A DNA stretch of 64,000 nt from Planctomycetota bacterium (GTDB lineage: Bacteria > Planctomycetota > JAJSAM01 > JAJVHW01): assembly GCA_965248445.1 (NCBI GenBank), contig CBDFJG010000001.1:544001-608000 (forward strand). The letters run 5' to 3'. The notes under the pieces were generated by a model. That model saw nothing but the letters and a program-made list of their open reading frames with translations, was not told the origin of the DNA and ran no database searches. Of this stretch, positions 1 through 11,211 are shown one piece after another. Numbering within the stretch: position 1 is the stretch's first letter; each line of letters opens with the position of its first letter. The position numbers and the translations under genes are program-made.

Positions 1-10
1 GGAGGCAGCG

Positions 11-1999
11 ATGAGCATCACATCGCACCACAAGGCGGCCTGGGTGACGGGGGCGTTCCGCGCTATCGGACGCTGTGTCGTCCTCGCGGGACTCGCCGCC
101 GTCATCCCGATTGCGCTGGCGCAGGAGGACACTCCACCGCCTGGGGATCGGTCGGAACTGGCGGGGGACGGGCCAGGTCCGGTGGCGCCGGCACCTGACA
201 AGGAAGCCGCGGCCGCGGGTGACGGCGTGTCGACCCCTCGCGAGCCGGGTGCGCAGAGCAACTCGAGCGCGACGGGTTGGGGCGGGGCGGTCGCGCAGAT
301 CAGGTTCGTCGAAGGAGCTGTTGCGGACGCACCGCTCAAGCCGGCGGCCAAGCCGCGGCCGCAGAACGACTGGTTCGTCCAGCGTCTGAACGCGGGAGTT
401 CCGGCGTCGCTCAACGCGTACACGACGTACCAGCCCGCTGTGGCTGCGATCACACGACACACGCTGGACCGGCTGATCAGTGTCGACCCTGACAGTCCGC
501 CGCAGGTCGTCGGCTCCCTCGCGGTCTCGTGGGACGTGTCCGACAAGGGACGCACGTGCACGTATCGCCTGCGAAAGGGCGTGCAGTTCGCCGATGGTCG
601 GCCGTTCACCTCCGCTGACGTCGTCTTCAGTTTCGACGCGCTGCGCGATCCGGCGGTGTCCGCGGAGCATCTGCGCTCGTCGTTCGAGAGAGTCGAGTCG
701 GTGGAAGCGCCGGACGACCACACGGTCGTCGTGCGCTTCAAGAGCCGGCACTGGAAGGCGCCGTACATCGTCGGCCCCTCGCTCCCGGTGCTGCACAAGG
801 CGTGGTACCAGGATCGCATCACGGAGTCCGCGAGCGCGGCCGGTTCGGAGGTCGCGCCGATCAACCCGGGCAAGCCGGGGTTCGCCGCCGCGTTCGCGTC
901 GGTCAAGGAACCATGCCCCGGTACGGGTCCGTACTACCTCGCCGAACCCGGCCACGTCACGACTCACATCGTTCAGCTGACACCGAATCCGTTCAGCTGG
1001 CAGATGCAGGTGTTCCCGGCACGGAACAATTTCGAGGCGCTGCGCTGGGTCGATCTCCCGACCGAAGGCGACGCGTTCCACGCCTTCGTTCACGGGGAAC
1101 TGGACGTGTGGGTCGTCTCGCATGCCGCGTGGGAGCATCAACTGAGCCGCGATCCCCGCGTCTTCGTGTCAGGCAGCCACTACGTGTACGACCACATCGG
1201 AATCGACGCATCCGCCATCTTCTGGAACTGCCGTCAGCCACCGTTCGACGACGCGAACGTACGCAAGGCGATGACCCTGGCGACCGACCGCGAGACGATC
1301 CTGGACTCCGTCATGCAGGGTCACGGCGTGATCGCGTCGTGCAAATCCAAGCGCGCCTACCCGACGTACTCTCCCGAGATCGCGCCGCACCCCTTCGATC
1401 TCGACACCGCCGAAGTGCACCTCATCCGCGCGGGTTGGCTGCACGACACGGACAAGGACGGCATCTTGGACCGCGACGGAAAGCCGTTCACGTTCGAACT
1501 GACGTACCCCGCCGGCAGGGTCGAGTTCGACGGGATCGCAGACGAGCTCGAGCTGGCGTGCCGACAGCTGAACATCGAGATGCGCCGCAACCCGGTCACC
1601 TCGAAGGACTTCATCGAAGCGGTGCGGAACCGGCGGTTCCAGGCGATCGTCGGCTTCAGTTCATGGCCCGATCCGTGGATCGACCTGCACGGGCGCTACC
1701 ACCGGAGGCAGGACGTGCGGGGCGGGGGGAACCTCACGGGCTGGCACTCGAAGGAGATGGACAAGCTGCTCGAGGCGATGCAGGTGGAGCTCGACGAGGA
1801 CGTGCGCACCAAGCAGTTCCACGAGTTCAACCGGATCTTCCACGACGAGCAGCCGGAGACGCTCCTCGTCCACGGCAAGGTGGGCGTGCTGGTCGCCAAG
1901 CGCCTGCAGGGCATCAGCATCCGTCCCACCGGTCTGCAGTCGTTCGACCTATGGGTCCGGCCCGAGGACGTGCGGCACCGGAACGTGCAGCCGAAGTAG
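11..1999 (+). CDS. ABC transporter substrate-binding protein, peptide/oligopeptide (family 5)
   Basis: Signal peptide; LAVSWDVSDKGRTCTYRLRKGVQFADGRPFTSADVVFS, GTGPY and PPFDDANVRKAM motifs. Confidence 0.9.
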   Translation: MSITSHHKAAWVTGAFRAIGRCVVLAGLAAVIPIALAQEDTPPPGDRSELAGDGPGPVAPAPDKEAAAAGDGVSTPREPGAQSNSSATGWGGAVAQIRFVEGAVADAPLKPAAKPRPQNDWFVQRLNAGVPASLNAYTTYQPAVAAITRHTLDRLISVDPDSPPQVVGSLAVSWDVSDKGRTCTYRLRKGVQFADGRPFTSADVVFSFDALRDPAVSAEHLRSSFERVESVEAPDDHTVVVRFKSRHWKAPYIVGPSLPVLHKAWYQDRITESASAAGSEVAPINPGKPGFAAAFASVKEPCPGTGPYYLAEPGHVTTHIVQLTPNPFSWQMQVFPARNNFEALRWVDLPTEGDAFHAFVHGELDVWVVSHAAWEHQLSRDPRVFVSGSHYVYDHIGIDASAIFWNCRQPPFDDANVRKAMTLATDRETILDSVMQGHGVIASCKSKRAYPTYSPEIAPHPFDLDTAEVHLIRAGWLHDTDKDGILDRDGKPFTFELTYPAGRVEFDGIADELELACRQLNIEMRRNPVTSKDFIEAVRNRRFQAIVGFSSWPDPWIDLHGRYHRRQDVRGGGNLTGWHSKEMDKLLEAMQVELDEDVRTKQFHEFNRIFHDEQPETLLVHGKVGVLVAKRLQGISIRPTGLQSFDLWVRPEDVRHRNVQPK

Positions 2000-2001
2000 C
2001 G

Positions 2002-2697
2002 CTAGCCGCTCAGGAAGCGGCGGATCGCGGCCTGGCAGCCGGGCTCGCGGAGGACGCGGTGACCTGCGGGGAATGCCTCGAACGAGACTTCGAGTCCCTG
2101 GGCACGGAGCGCATCGGCACTCCTGCGCACGGCGTCGCCGGAGATGCTCTCGTCAGAGTCGCCGTGCACGCACAGGACGCGGAACTCCGGATGGTCGCGC
2201 ACAGCCGTCGCCGCAGGCTCCGCGAGGATCTCGTGCTTGATGCGGCCGCCCGCGACGACAAGGCGCCGGAAACTGTCCGGGTTGCGCACACCTGCAAAGC
2301 CTGCCAGGTAGCCGCCCTGTGAGAAGCCGAGCAGATCCACCCGGCCGGGGTCGATGTCGTCGTGCTCGAGGGCATGGTCGACGACGCGCAGAAGCCACTC
2401 CTCGGTCCGCGGGAGCCACGCGCGGAACTCCGGGTTGTCGCCGGTGTAGATGTACCACGCGTTGCCCTGGCGGATGCCGCTCGGGCGGCGCATCTCGAAC
2501 GGCAGCGGGCCCTGGGGAATCAGGAGCGTCGTGGCGGCCGGTGCGCACGCGCTGACCTCGTCGCGGAACGACTCCGGTGTCATGCCGAGGCCGTGGAGCG
2601 CGACCAACAGCGATCCGTCCGGATTTTCGGGCGTGCTGAGTAGCGCCGGTACGTCGAGGGCGTACGGCGTCGTGAACGTGCGCTCTCGGTCCGTCAC
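2002..2697 (-). CDS. Alpha/beta hydrolase (phospholipase/carboxylesterase type)
   Basis: LHG, GFSQGG nucleophile elbow, HGDSD, GH; GTG start overlaps upstream stop (GTGA). Confidence 0.85.
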   Translation of the reverse strand: MTDRERTFTTPYALDVPALLSTPENPDGSLLVALHGLGMTPESFRDEVSACAPAATTLLIPQGPLPFEMRRPSGIRQGNAWYIYTGDNPEFRAWLPRTEEWLLRVVDHALEHDDIDPGRVDLLGFSQGGYLAGFAGVRNPDSFRRLVVAGGRIKHEILAEPAATAVRDHPEFRVLCVHGDSDESISGDAVRRSADALRAQGLEVSFEAFPAGHRVLREPGCQAAIRRFLSG

Positions 2698-3749
2698 TCG
2701 ATCCAATCCGCGACAAAGATGTTCGTGTCGCCCTCGGCGCCGCCGTGGCGGTTGCTGGCCCAGACGAGGTGCTCACCGTCCAGGGAGAACATCGGGAAGC
2801 AGTCGAACTCGGCGTGCGTCGTGATGCGCTCCATCCCCGTGCCGTCCTCATTGATGAGGAACAGGTCGAAGTTGCGCGAGCGCGGGTCCTCGAAGTTCGA
2901 GGCGAAGATGATGCGCTTGCCGTCAGGGTGCCAGTACGGAGCGAAGCTCGCGCCAGGGAGGTCCGTGACCTGACGCTGGTCGCTGCCGTCCGCGTTCATG
3001 ATCCAGATGTCCATCAGCGTCGGGCGCACGAGGTCCCTCTCGAGCAGGTCGCGGTAGACCCGCAGGTCATCGGGATCATCCGGGTGGTACGCGCGGTAGA
3101 CGATCTTCGTGCCGTCGGGCGAGAAGAAGGGTCCACCGTCGTAGCCCGGGCGGTTGGTGAGGCGTCGCATGCCGGTGCCGTCCGCGGCCATCGTGTAGAT
3201 CTCGAGGTCGCCGTCGCGATCCGACGTGAACAGCAGCAGCCCGTCGGCGCGCGACGTGACCTCCGCGTGGTATCCGGCGCCGTCGGTCAGGCGCCGCACA
3301 TTCGAGCCGTCGGCGTTCGCGCGGTAGATGTCGTACGGAAAGAGCGGCCAGGTGTACACCTTCGGATTGCGTGGCGGAGGCGTCGGGCACTCCGCCCCGT
3401 ACGCGAACGTCGAGCAGTAGACGATCTCCCGATCACCCGGGAGGAAGTAGGCGCACGTCGTCCGGCCCTGGCCCGACGACACCATTGTCTCCGCGGAGCC
3501 GTTGGCGTTCATCGTGAAGATCTGATCGCACTGCAGGTCGTTGCGGCCGCGCATCTGGAACACGAGCCGGTCGCCGGCCCAGGACCAGTACGCCTCCGCG
3601 TTCTCGCCGCCGAACGTGAGTTGGCGGACGTTCTGCAGCCGCGGCTCGGTCGGCTCGTCCGGGTGCCGCCGCTCGTTCGCGGTCCCGTTGCCGACGCAGG
3701 CCGTCAAGAGGACCGCGCATGCGGTGTACGTCAGAGTGCGCCGGATCAC
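2694..3749 (-). CDS. TolB-like PD40 beta-propeller lipoprotein
   Basis: Lipobox LLTAC; GENAEAYWS, GYDGGPFFSPDG, SFAPYWHPDG repeats; start reassigned to GTG 3749. Confidence 0.85.
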   Translation of the reverse strand: MIRRTLTYTACAVLLTACVGNGTANERRHPDEPTEPRLQNVRQLTFGGENAEAYWSWAGDRLVFQMRGRNDLQCDQIFTMNANGSAETMVSSGQGRTTCAYFLPGDREIVYCSTFAYGAECPTPPPRNPKVYTWPLFPYDIYRANADGSNVRRLTDGAGYHAEVTSRADGLLLFTSDRDGDLEIYTMAADGTGMRRLTNRPGYDGGPFFSPDGTKIVYRAYHPDDPDDLRVYRDLLERDLVRPTLMDIWIMNADGSDQRQVTDLPGASFAPYWHPDGKRIIFASNFEDPRSRNFDLFLINEDGTGMERITTHAEFDCFPMFSLDGEHLVWASNRHGGAEGDTNIFVADWIE

Positions 3750-4639
3750 TAGCCACCTCCCGTTGTCGTGAACGCGTTCCAGACACCGTAGCCGAGCGCG
3801 ATCGCGGTGACCGCGACACACACGAGCGCCGCCCCGCGCCAGAGGTTCTCGCGCTCGGGATCGATGCGGTCCCTGAACGAGTCGCCGAGACCGAGTGCAA
3901 TCATCACGCCGACCACAAGTCCGCCGACATGGCCCGTGTTGCTGATGAAGCGGATCCACCATCCGAGGACCAGCATCAGGGCGATGTCCCGTACGAGCAT
4001 GCGACCCATCTGCCGCCCGCGCATGGTGCCGGAGCGGAGCGCGAACACCGCCAGCGCTCCGGCAACGCCGAACACGGCGCCGGATGCCCCGACCATCGGG
4101 ATCCGCGGATCGCCGCTGCCCCACGTCGCCCAGAACGAGATCGCGAGCGTGGAACCAACCCCGGACAGCGTGTAGAGCACGATCAGGCGCCAGGGTCCGA
4201 TCAACTGCTCGACCACGCGCCCGAGGTTGCGCATCGCGAACATGTTGAACCCGATGTGGATCAGTCCCGCGTGCAAGTACATCGCGGTGATCGTCCGCCA
4301 CCACTCACCGCCTTCGAAGACTGCCGGGTGGGAGTACCAGCCGGCCGGCCCCAGTGCGTGGTGAAGACCCGACATCGAGATCAGCGACTGCAGCACGCCC
4401 TGGTCGGGATGGATGCGGAACTGCACGTACAGCGTGAAGAGCAGGTAGGCGATGTTCGACCAGACGATGATGCTCGTGATGGTCGTCGGTCCGGCGATGA
4501 CCGAAACGCGACGCGGCGGCCCGCCGGCCGCGCGAAGACCGTCGGGATCGGACGTGCCGCATCCTGCGCACATCGCCGCGTCAACCGGGATGAACGACCC
4601 GCATTGTACGCACTGTTTCGTGGGGAGGCGCTCGCTCAC
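3749..4639 (-). CDS. Rhomboid intramembrane serine protease with N-terminal CxxC/CxxC zinc ribbon
   Basis: EWWR, HAGLIHIGFN, GASG catalytic motif, GHVGG. Confidence 0.9.
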   Translation of the reverse strand: MSERLPTKQCVQCGSFIPVDAAMCAGCGTSDPDGLRAAGGPPRRVSVIAGPTTITSIIVWSNIAYLLFTLYVQFRIHPDQGVLQSLISMSGLHHALGPAGWYSHPAVFEGGEWWRTITAMYLHAGLIHIGFNMFAMRNLGRVVEQLIGPWRLIVLYTLSGVGSTLAISFWATWGSGDPRIPMVGASGAVFGVAGALAVFALRSGTMRGRQMGRMLVRDIALMLVLGWWIRFISNTGHVGGLVVGVMIALGLGDSFRDRIDPERENLWRGAALVCVAVTAIALGYGVWNAFTTTGGG

Positions 4640-5097
4640 GCGATCTCCTCGTCCGGGACGTAGTCACACTCCACCGACACATCGAACCGCCCGTCCCGTG
4701 CGATCTCGAATCTCTCGCGGTAGCCGGTCGCGGTGCGCTCGATCGTCCAGCGCTGAGGACTGAGGTCGCTGCCGTCAGGAGGACTGAACACGAATCGATA
4801 ACGCGCGGACGGCTCGAGTTCTTGCACCTCGAAGCGCTGCGCTTCGCCCGCGTCCGACAGGACAAGGGCCTCGGCACCGTCCTGCGACGTGTGCAACACG
4901 ACGTGCTCCTCGCGTTCCCGCCCGTCCGCCAGGGAGTGGATCTGTCCGAAGAGGTGGCCGCCGGGCAGGTCCAGCCAGTCGACGAGCGCGCTGAACGGCG
5001 CCCCGCTCCACGTTCCCTCGCCGCGCCAGCCGCCCACCAGGAACGTCAGCCCCTGGAGCACGCCGGCATCGGCCGCCGACTCCTCGCTTACTCCCAC
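4636..5097 (-). CDS. Hypothetical beta-barrel protein (start uncertain, 5097 or 5061)
   Basis: [12 protein letters not shown] start typical of lipocalin-like barrels; coupled to neighbouring genes. Confidence 0.55.
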   Translation of the reverse strand: MGVSEESAADAGVLQGLTFLVGGWRGEGTWSGAPFSALVDWLDLPGGHLFGQIHSLADGREREEHVVLHTSQDGAEALVLSDAGEAQRFEVQELEPSARYRFVFSPPDGSDLSPQRWTIERTATGYRERFEIARDGRFDVSVECDYVPDEEIA

Positions 5098-6662
5098 TCG
5101 ATCGTCGCCGGCGGCTTCGACGAGATGTCGAGCACGACGCGGTTGATGCCCCGCACTTCGTTGATGATGCGGCTGCTCGTGCGACGCAACAGCCCGTCGG
5201 GCAGCTGCGCCCAGTCGGCGGTCATCGCGTCTTCGCTCGTGACGGCGCGGATCGCGGTGACGTTCTCGTACGTGCGCTCGTCGCCCATGACACCGACCGT
5301 GCGAACGGGCAACAGGACGCAGAACGCCTGCCAGAGCGAGCGCATCAGTCCAGCCCGCTCCAGTTCCTCGATCAAGATCGTGTCGGCCCGCCGGAGAACG
5401 TCGAGCCGTCCGGCCGTCACCTCGCCGAGACAGCGGATCGCCAGTCCTGGACCCGGGAACGGGTGACGCCAGACGATGTGCTCGGGGAGCCCGAGCTCCG
5501 TTCCGATCACGCGCGCCTCGTCCTTGAACAGCTCGCGCAGCGGCTCGATGAGTTCGAAGCCCAGTTCTTCCGGCAGTCCGCCGACGTTGTGGTGCGTCTT
5601 GATGGTGGCGGTCGGTCCTCCGAACGCTGAGACCGACTCGATGACGTCGGGATACAGCGTGCCCTGCGCGAGGAAGCGCGCGTTCTCGACGTGACTCGAC
5701 TCGGCCTTGAACACGTCGATGAACTCGTGGCCGATGATCTTGCGCTTCGTCTCCGGTTCGGTGACGCCGGCGAGTGCCGATAGGAACCGCTCGGACGCGT
5801 GCGCCACGATCAGCGCCTTGCCGAAGTGCGCGGTGAACACCTCCTCGACCTCTCGTGCCTCGCCGGCCCGCAACAGTCCGTTGTCCACGAAGATGCAGGT
5901 CAGGTGGTCGCCGATGGCGCGGTAGATCAGAGCCGCAACGACTGCCGAATCGACGCCGCCCGACAACCCGCAAATGACCCGCGCGTCGCCGACCTGCGCA
6001 CGGATGGCCGCCACTTGCTCCTCGATCCACTGGGACATCACCCAGTCGCCCGACAGTCCCGCGACTTCGTAGAGGAAGTTCCGCAGCAGTTCCCGCCCGC
6101 GCGGCGTATGCACCACCTCGGGGTGGAACTGGACGCCGTAGATGGGCTTCTCGGCGTGGCGCACGGCCGCGAACGGCGCGCTGTCGGTGTGCGCGACCAC
6201 CTCGAAGCCCGCCGGCAGGGCCTCTACCCGGTCGCCGTGGCTCATCCAGACGTCCATCGCGTCAGGCAGACCGGAGAACAGGCCGTCGTGGTGATCGACC
6301 CGCAGTGCGGCCCGACCGAACTCACGATGGTCCGACGGCGCCACGCGGCCGCCGAGCGTCTCGCAGAGGAGCTGCATTCCGTAGCAGAGGCCGAGCAGCG
6401 GCACGTTCATCTCGAACACGCCGGGATCGCAGCGTGGAGATCCACCGGCCCAGACGGACGCCGGTCCTCCGGAGAGGATGATCGCCCGGGGCGCGAGTGC
6501 CTGGATCGAGGCAAGCGGCGCGTTGCACGGCAGGATGCGGCAGTAGACAGAGTTCTCGCGCACGCGGCGGGCGATCAGTTGCGCGTACTGGCTCCCGAAG
6601 TCGAGCACGGCGACGGTCTCGTGCCCCATCCCGGGCGCGTTCGAATGCACGTCGTCGGCCAC
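5088..6662 (-). CDS. guaA: GMP synthase (glutamine-hydrolysing)
   Basis: [35 protein letters not shown]. Confidence 0.98.
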   Translation of the reverse strand: MADDVHSNAPGMGHETVAVLDFGSQYAQLIARRVRENSVYCRILPCNAPLASIQALAPRAIILSGGPASVWAGGSPRCDPGVFEMNVPLLGLCYGMQLLCETLGGRVAPSDHREFGRAALRVDHHDGLFSGLPDAMDVWMSHGDRVEALPAGFEVVAHTDSAPFAAVRHAEKPIYGVQFHPEVVHTPRGRELLRNFLYEVAGLSGDWVMSQWIEEQVAAIRAQVGDARVICGLSGGVDSAVVAALIYRAIGDHLTCIFVDNGLLRAGEAREVEEVFTAHFGKALIVAHASERFLSALAGVTEPETKRKIIGHEFIDVFKAESSHVENARFLAQGTLYPDVIESVSAFGGPTATIKTHHNVGGLPEELGFELIEPLRELFKDEARVIGTELGLPEHIVWRHPFPGPGLAIRCLGEVTAGRLDVLRRADTILIEELERAGLMRSLWQAFCVLLPVRTVGVMGDERTYENVTAIRAVTSEDAMTADWAQLPDGLLRRTSSRIINEVRGINRVVLDISSKPPATIEWE

Positions 6663-8134
6663 TACTGGTCCTCTCGCTGTTCGCCGGCGCGGTAGTTGGG
6701 CGCCTCGCGCGTGATCATGATGTCGTGCGGGTGGTTCTCGCGGAGCGACGCGCCACTGATGCGCGTGAACTGCGCCTTCTCGTGCAGTTCCGCGATGTTG
6801 CGCGCACCCACGTAGCCCATCCCTGCGCGCACGCCGCCGACCAGCTGGTAGACGAAGTCCGAGAGCCGGCCGCGGTACGGCACGCGTCCTTCTACTCCCT
6901 CGGGTACGAGCTTCTCGCGCTTCTCGACGTCGCCCTGCGCGTAGCGGTCCTTCGAGCCCTTGACCATTGCGCCGAGCGAACCCATGCCGCGGTACTGCTT
7001 GAACGTGCGACCGCGGTAGAGAATCGTCTCTCCGGGGCTCTCCTCGAGGCCCGCGAAGAGCGAACCGACCATCACACTCGATGCACCCGTCGCGAGCGCC
7101 TTCGTGATGTCGCCGGAGTAGCGTATGCCGCCGTCGGCGATGACCGGGACGCCCGCCGCCTCGCAGACCTTGACGGCATCGTCAATGGCCGAGAGTTGCG
7201 GCACGCCGACTCCGCTGATGACGCGTGTGGTGCAGATGGAGCCAGGTCCGATGCCGACCTTGACGCCGTCCGCGCCTGCGTCGATCAGCGCCTTCGCTCC
7301 ATCGGTCGTCGCGACGTTGCCGGCGACGACGTCGACGTCGAATCGCGACTTCACGCGCTTCACGGCGTCGATGACGTTCTTCGAGTGCCCGTGTGCGGTG
7401 TCGATGACGATGACGTCCACCGCGGCCGCGAGCAGTTTCTCGATGCGTTCGTCGTCATTTACACCGCAGGCCGCCGCGACACAGAGGCGGCCCTCCGTGT
7501 CGAGGTTCGCGGCCGGGAACATCTCCAGCTTGTCGATGTCCTTGATCGTGATGAGACCCGCGAGCCGGCCGTCGTCCTGCACGAGCAGGAGCTTCTCGAC
7601 CTTCATCTCGTGGAGGACCGCCTTCGCCTGTTGAAGCGTGGTGCCAGGGGCGCGCGTGACCAGTTGCTTGGTCATGATGGAGTCGACGATTGCCGCATCG
7701 TCTTCGTGGAAGCGCAGGTCGCGCGCGGTCAGGATGCCGACCACGACGCCGTTCGCATCCGTGATCGGCAGACCGGAGATGCGGTTGCTCGTCATGTGCC
7801 GCCGCGCCTCGCCGACGCTCGCGGTCGGGCGGACCGTGACCGGATCGAGAATGACGCCGGACACGGTTCGCTTGACCTGCACGACCTCGTGGACCTGTTC
7901 GTCCGCCGTCATGTTCTTGTGAATGACGCCGATGCCGCCCTCGTAGCCCAGCGCGATCGCGAGCGCGGCTTCGGTGACGGTGTCCATCGCGGCGGACGCG
8001 ATCGGGATGTTCAACGCAACGCTGCGTGAGAACCGGCTCCGCGCGTCGATCTCGGAGGGGACGACCTCCGAGTAGCCGGGCAGGAGCAGCACGTCGTCGA
8101 ACGTGATGCCGTCGCCTCGAATCCGCTCCAACAT
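6662..8134 (-). CDS. guaB: IMP dehydrogenase
   Basis: TFDDVLL, CBS pair, [24 protein letters not shown]. Confidence 0.98.
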   Translation of the reverse strand: MLERIRGDGITFDDVLLLPGYSEVVPSEIDARSRFSRSVALNIPIASAAMDTVTEAALAIALGYEGGIGVIHKNMTADEQVHEVVQVKRTVSGVILDPVTVRPTASVGEARRHMTSNRISGLPITDANGVVVGILTARDLRFHEDDAAIVDSIMTKQLVTRAPGTTLQQAKAVLHEMKVEKLLLVQDDGRLAGLITIKDIDKLEMFPAANLDTEGRLCVAAACGVNDDERIEKLLAAAVDVIVIDTAHGHSKNVIDAVKRVKSRFDVDVVAGNVATTDGAKALIDAGADGVKVGIGPGSICTTRVISGVGVPQLSAIDDAVKVCEAAGVPVIADGGIRYSGDITKALATGASSVMVGSLFAGLEESPGETILYRGRTFKQYRGMGSLGAMVKGSKDRYAQGDVEKREKLVPEGVEGRVPYRGRLSDFVYQLVGGVRAGMGYVGARNIAELHEKAQFTRISGASLRENHPHDIMITREAPNYRAGEQREDQ

Positions 8135-8179
8135 GCTTCACCTCTTCGGGACCGAGATCCCCTCGGGATTCTCACGTGC

Positions 8180-8243
8180 CAACGGCATCAGCCGTTGGAC
8201 CAACAACTCAGCGACGTCTCAACGGCGTCAGCCGTTGAACCAA
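8180..8243. repeat. Two 24-bp palindromic direct repeats upstream of guaB
   Basis: CAACGGC-atca-GCCGTTGgaccaa (8180-8203) and CAACGGC-gtca-GCCGTTGaaccaa (8220-8243). Confidence 0.75.
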
Positions 8244-8375
8244 AGCGCAGCGAAACACGGCCGGCGTGCCGACCCGTCGCGCGCGTCTCTGAGCGGCACC
8301 TGATTCGGGGAGAATCAGGCCCAATCCCGTGAGGCCCCCGCGTCGCGCCGGGGCACGCAGGCTGGATGAAGCGCG

Positions 8376-10313
8376 TCAGGGTACCCGTGCGCTCGGACGG
8401 GTGGCCTGCAAACCCGTGGGCGCCAGTCGCAGACCCGGGGTTTCAGGCTCGATACTCACCCGCCAGCCGCGTCCTCGCCCCACGAGGAGTGCCCCGAGGA
8501 GCGCGAACAGGGCGCCCAGAGCCGCAAACGAACGGTCGTGACGGCGCAATGTCGAGACGGCCTCCCGCCGGTCGGGAAGTGCGGCCAGCGCGGCATCCGG
8601 GGTCATGCCGCCCTCCCCGGTGCGAAGCGAGAAGCCCTCCGGAGGGGTCCACTGAACGGCCGTGGTCGCGAGCGCCTCCGGATCGCCCGGGACGTGCACG
8701 GTCAGGAGTCCCCCACCCGCGTGGCGCGGCGTTAGGGGAAGTTGTGCGTCCGGTGCGGCGTCCACCGTGCGCGCGCCATCCGGTCCGCGCAGTTCCACCG
8801 ACGTGACGCCGTCCGGCACCACATTATGCAGCGGGACGGGATCGCCGGCAGCGACGGCCGCGGGCAGCGCACGGTGGTCTCGCAGCCACGTCATGGCGTT
8901 GCGCAGGAAGACCGGGAACGCGCCCTCGAGGGCGAACGTGCCGTCGGCGGGCAGGAGTCCGAGCCGGACGTGCCGCACGCCACCCGAACGCCCTGCTGCG
9001 GCAACGGGGCCGGCTTCGCAGCTGAGGAGCGCGCGCTCGCCGTCGCGCAGCGTCAGCAATCGCGCGGACGGCGCCCGCACGGGGCCGGGGACGACGCCGG
9101 CGACGATCGGGTGCTCCCCCACGGCCGATAGGCGCGGGTCGGCGGCCTCGGCGCCCGCGGCGCCGAACGTCAGCGTTGCGATGCCCGGCGGGACCGGACG
9201 CGGCGCCGGATCGTCGGGACCACTCTCGGTGATCACGACGTCCGCCGAACGCAGCACGTCCTCCGCTGCCTCCAGCCCGGTCACGAGGGCGCGCTTGCGA
9301 TCGATCAGGTCGCTCGGGAGCGATGCCAGCGCGGCGGTGAGGTAGACGGTCGGCGACGCGGCCGGAGCACGAACGACCACAACCAGCGGACGGGGCCGCG
9401 TGATGTACACCGACTGGGTGTCGTCAGCCGTGAAGCCGTCGGGTGGATCGAGTCGCAGTTCGACCTGACCGACCACATCGGGCGGGAGGTCGAGTTCCAA
9501 CGTCGGCCAAGGCGACATCGTCGGAAGCTGGGAGCGCGCAACCTCCTCTCCGCCGGCGGACGCCACGACGAAGCGCGCCGCGAACCGCACGCCGGCGATC
9601 ACGTCCGCGTGGAGAGTGGACCCCTCGACGCGGACCGCGTCCAACGCAGAGTTCTGTGGGCGGATAGTGGGCACCGGCCCGACGCGGACACTCAGCAGAG
9701 GGGTCGGGTGGGTCCCTGCGTCTGGTGGCGCGTCGGAGATCACGAGAGTCACCCCGTCCATGCCCCGCAGCGTCCGCGCTTGCTCCGCGGCGGAGACCGT
9801 GACGTCGAGGGTCCTCGGTCCGAGACCCGTCGTCACGCCATCCAGTGCCGCGCGCACCTCGTCGAGAGAGCGTGTCGGCCCCACCAGCACGCGCGGTCGT
9901 TCGCCGGCAGTCCAGACCGTCACGTCATCGCGCGGGCCGAGCATCGCAAGCGCGTCGCGCGCCCCGTCCCTCGCGAGGTCGAGCCGCGAACGCTCGCCGT
10001 CGTCGCGCATCGACATCGACAGCGACGTGTCCAGCACGATCACGAGCGAACGAGCCGGCGGCGCGTCCTTCCCCGTGGCCGGTTCCGCTGCTGCAACCGC
10101 CAGCGCCACGAGCGCGAGGCACGAAGCCGCCATCGGGAGCACGTCCCGCAGCCGCCGCAGTCCCGAGCGGCCGGCGCCGCTCTTTGCAACCTCGCGCCAC
10201 ACGGTCAACGCCGCGACCTGCACCAGGCGGCGCCGTCGCCAGCGCAGGTGAAGCACGACGATCGGGATCACGAGTGCCGCGAACCACAGGTACTCCGGCC
10301 GCAGCAGTCTCAT
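8376..10313 (-). CDS. BatA/vWA domain membrane protein
   Basis: N-terminal LRPEYLW...PIVVLHL, MIDAS DTSLSM, C-terminal TM helix. Confidence 0.85.
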   Translation of the reverse strand: MRLLRPEYLWFAALVIPIVVLHLRWRRRRLVQVAALTVWREVAKSGAGRSGLRRLRDVLPMAASCLALVALAVAAAEPATGKDAPPARSLVIVLDTSLSMSMRDDGERSRLDLARDGARDALAMLGPRDDVTVWTAGERPRVLVGPTRSLDEVRAALDGVTTGLGPRTLDVTVSAAEQARTLRGMDGVTLVISDAPPDAGTHPTPLLSVRVGPVPTIRPQNSALDAVRVEGSTLHADVIAGVRFAARFVVASAGGEEVARSQLPTMSPWPTLELDLPPDVVGQVELRLDPPDGFTADDTQSVYITRPRPLVVVVRAPAASPTVYLTAALASLPSDLIDRKRALVTGLEAAEDVLRSADVVITESGPDDPAPRPVPPGIATLTFGAAGAEAADPRLSAVGEHPIVAGVVPGPVRAPSARLLTLRDGERALLSCEAGPVAAAGRSGGVRHVRLGLLPADGTFALEGAFPVFLRNAMTWLRDHRALPAAVAAGDPVPLHNVVPDGVTSVELRGPDGARTVDAAPDAQLPLTPRHAGGGLLTVHVPGDPEALATTAVQWTPPEGFSLRTGEGGMTPDAALAALPDRREAVSTLRRHDRSFAALGALFALLGALLVGRGRGWRVSIEPETPGLRLAPTGLQATRPSARVP

Positions 10314-10326
10314 GGTGACACCCGCG

Positions 10327-11211
10327 TCACTTGAGGACTCCCGCGCGGAGCATCCGGCGCAGCAGTTGCAACTCGTCCTCGTCCGCCGAGACCTGCAAGT
10401 GATGGCCGCCCCGCCCCGCGACGTACGCCGCAACCCGCCGCACGTGATGATCGAACGCCTTCGAGTACGCGGCGAGCACCTCGTCATCGATCAGGATTCG
10501 GAGTTCCTCGCCCGTCTCGGCATCCGCGAGCCGCAGCGCGCCGCCGAGGCGCGGGCTTCGTTCGTCGGGGTGGATGACCTGCGCCGCGAGCAGTTCCACG
10601 CGCCGGTGCACGATGACGTCGACCGCGCGGCGCCAGCCCTCGGCGCCCTCGGCATCGTCCAGGAAGTCGCTCGCGATGATCGCGATGCCCCTCCGGTTGT
10701 CGCGCGGCAGAGTTGCGGGGACGGTCCGGCCGGCGCGGGCGCGGCCGCCGGTCCCGATGGACGCGAGATCGGCGAGCAACGCCGACACGGCCCGCCGGCC
10801 GCGATAGGACTTCGGCGGTGCGGGCGCGTCGCGCAGCACCACCAGCCGCGCGCACCCGCCGCGGGCCAGCGCCACGGCGCCGAGCGCCGCCGCCACACGC
10901 GCTGCGGCGCGCAGCTTCTCGCTGTCGTCACCGGTCATGCTCGCGCTGGCGTCCACGAAGAGGTGCGCGTCCACACTCTCCTCGCGCTCGTGCACCTTTA
11001 CGACGACGTCCCGCAAGCGCGCGTACGCGTTCCAGTCGACGTACCGCAGGTCGTCGCCGGGGGTGTAGGTGCGGTGCTCGAGGAATAGCGTCCCGGCGCC
11101 GGCGGCGCTGGAGCTGCGATCTCCCGGCCGCGCCCCGCCGGCCGCCCGTGTGAATCCGATGTCGAGACGCGAAAGGCGCTCGAGTGCCCGCGGCGAGAGA
11201 ACGTCACTCAC
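10327..11211 (-). CDS. DUF58 family protein (MoxR-associated)
   Basis: FLEHRTYTPGDDLRYVDWNAYAR, DASASM, SDF. Confidence 0.9.
   Translation of the reverse strand: MSDVLSPRALERLSRLDIGFTRAAGGARPGDRSSSAAGAGTLFLEHRTYTPGDDLRYVDWNAYARLRDVVVKVHEREESVDAHLFVDASASMTGDDSEKLRAAARVAAALGAVALARGGCARLVVLRDAPAPPKSYRGRRAVSALLADLASIGTGGRARAGRTVPATLPRDNRRGIAIIASDFLDDAEGAEGWRRAVDVIVHRRVELLAAQVIHPDERSPRLGGALRLADAETGEELRILIDDEVLAAYSKAFDHHVRRVAAYVAGRGGHHLQVSADEDELQLLRRMLRAGVLK

Noticed and set aside
8180..8243. Possible CRISPR mini-array
   Set aside because: Only two units, a 16-bp spacer and no cas genes in the window.
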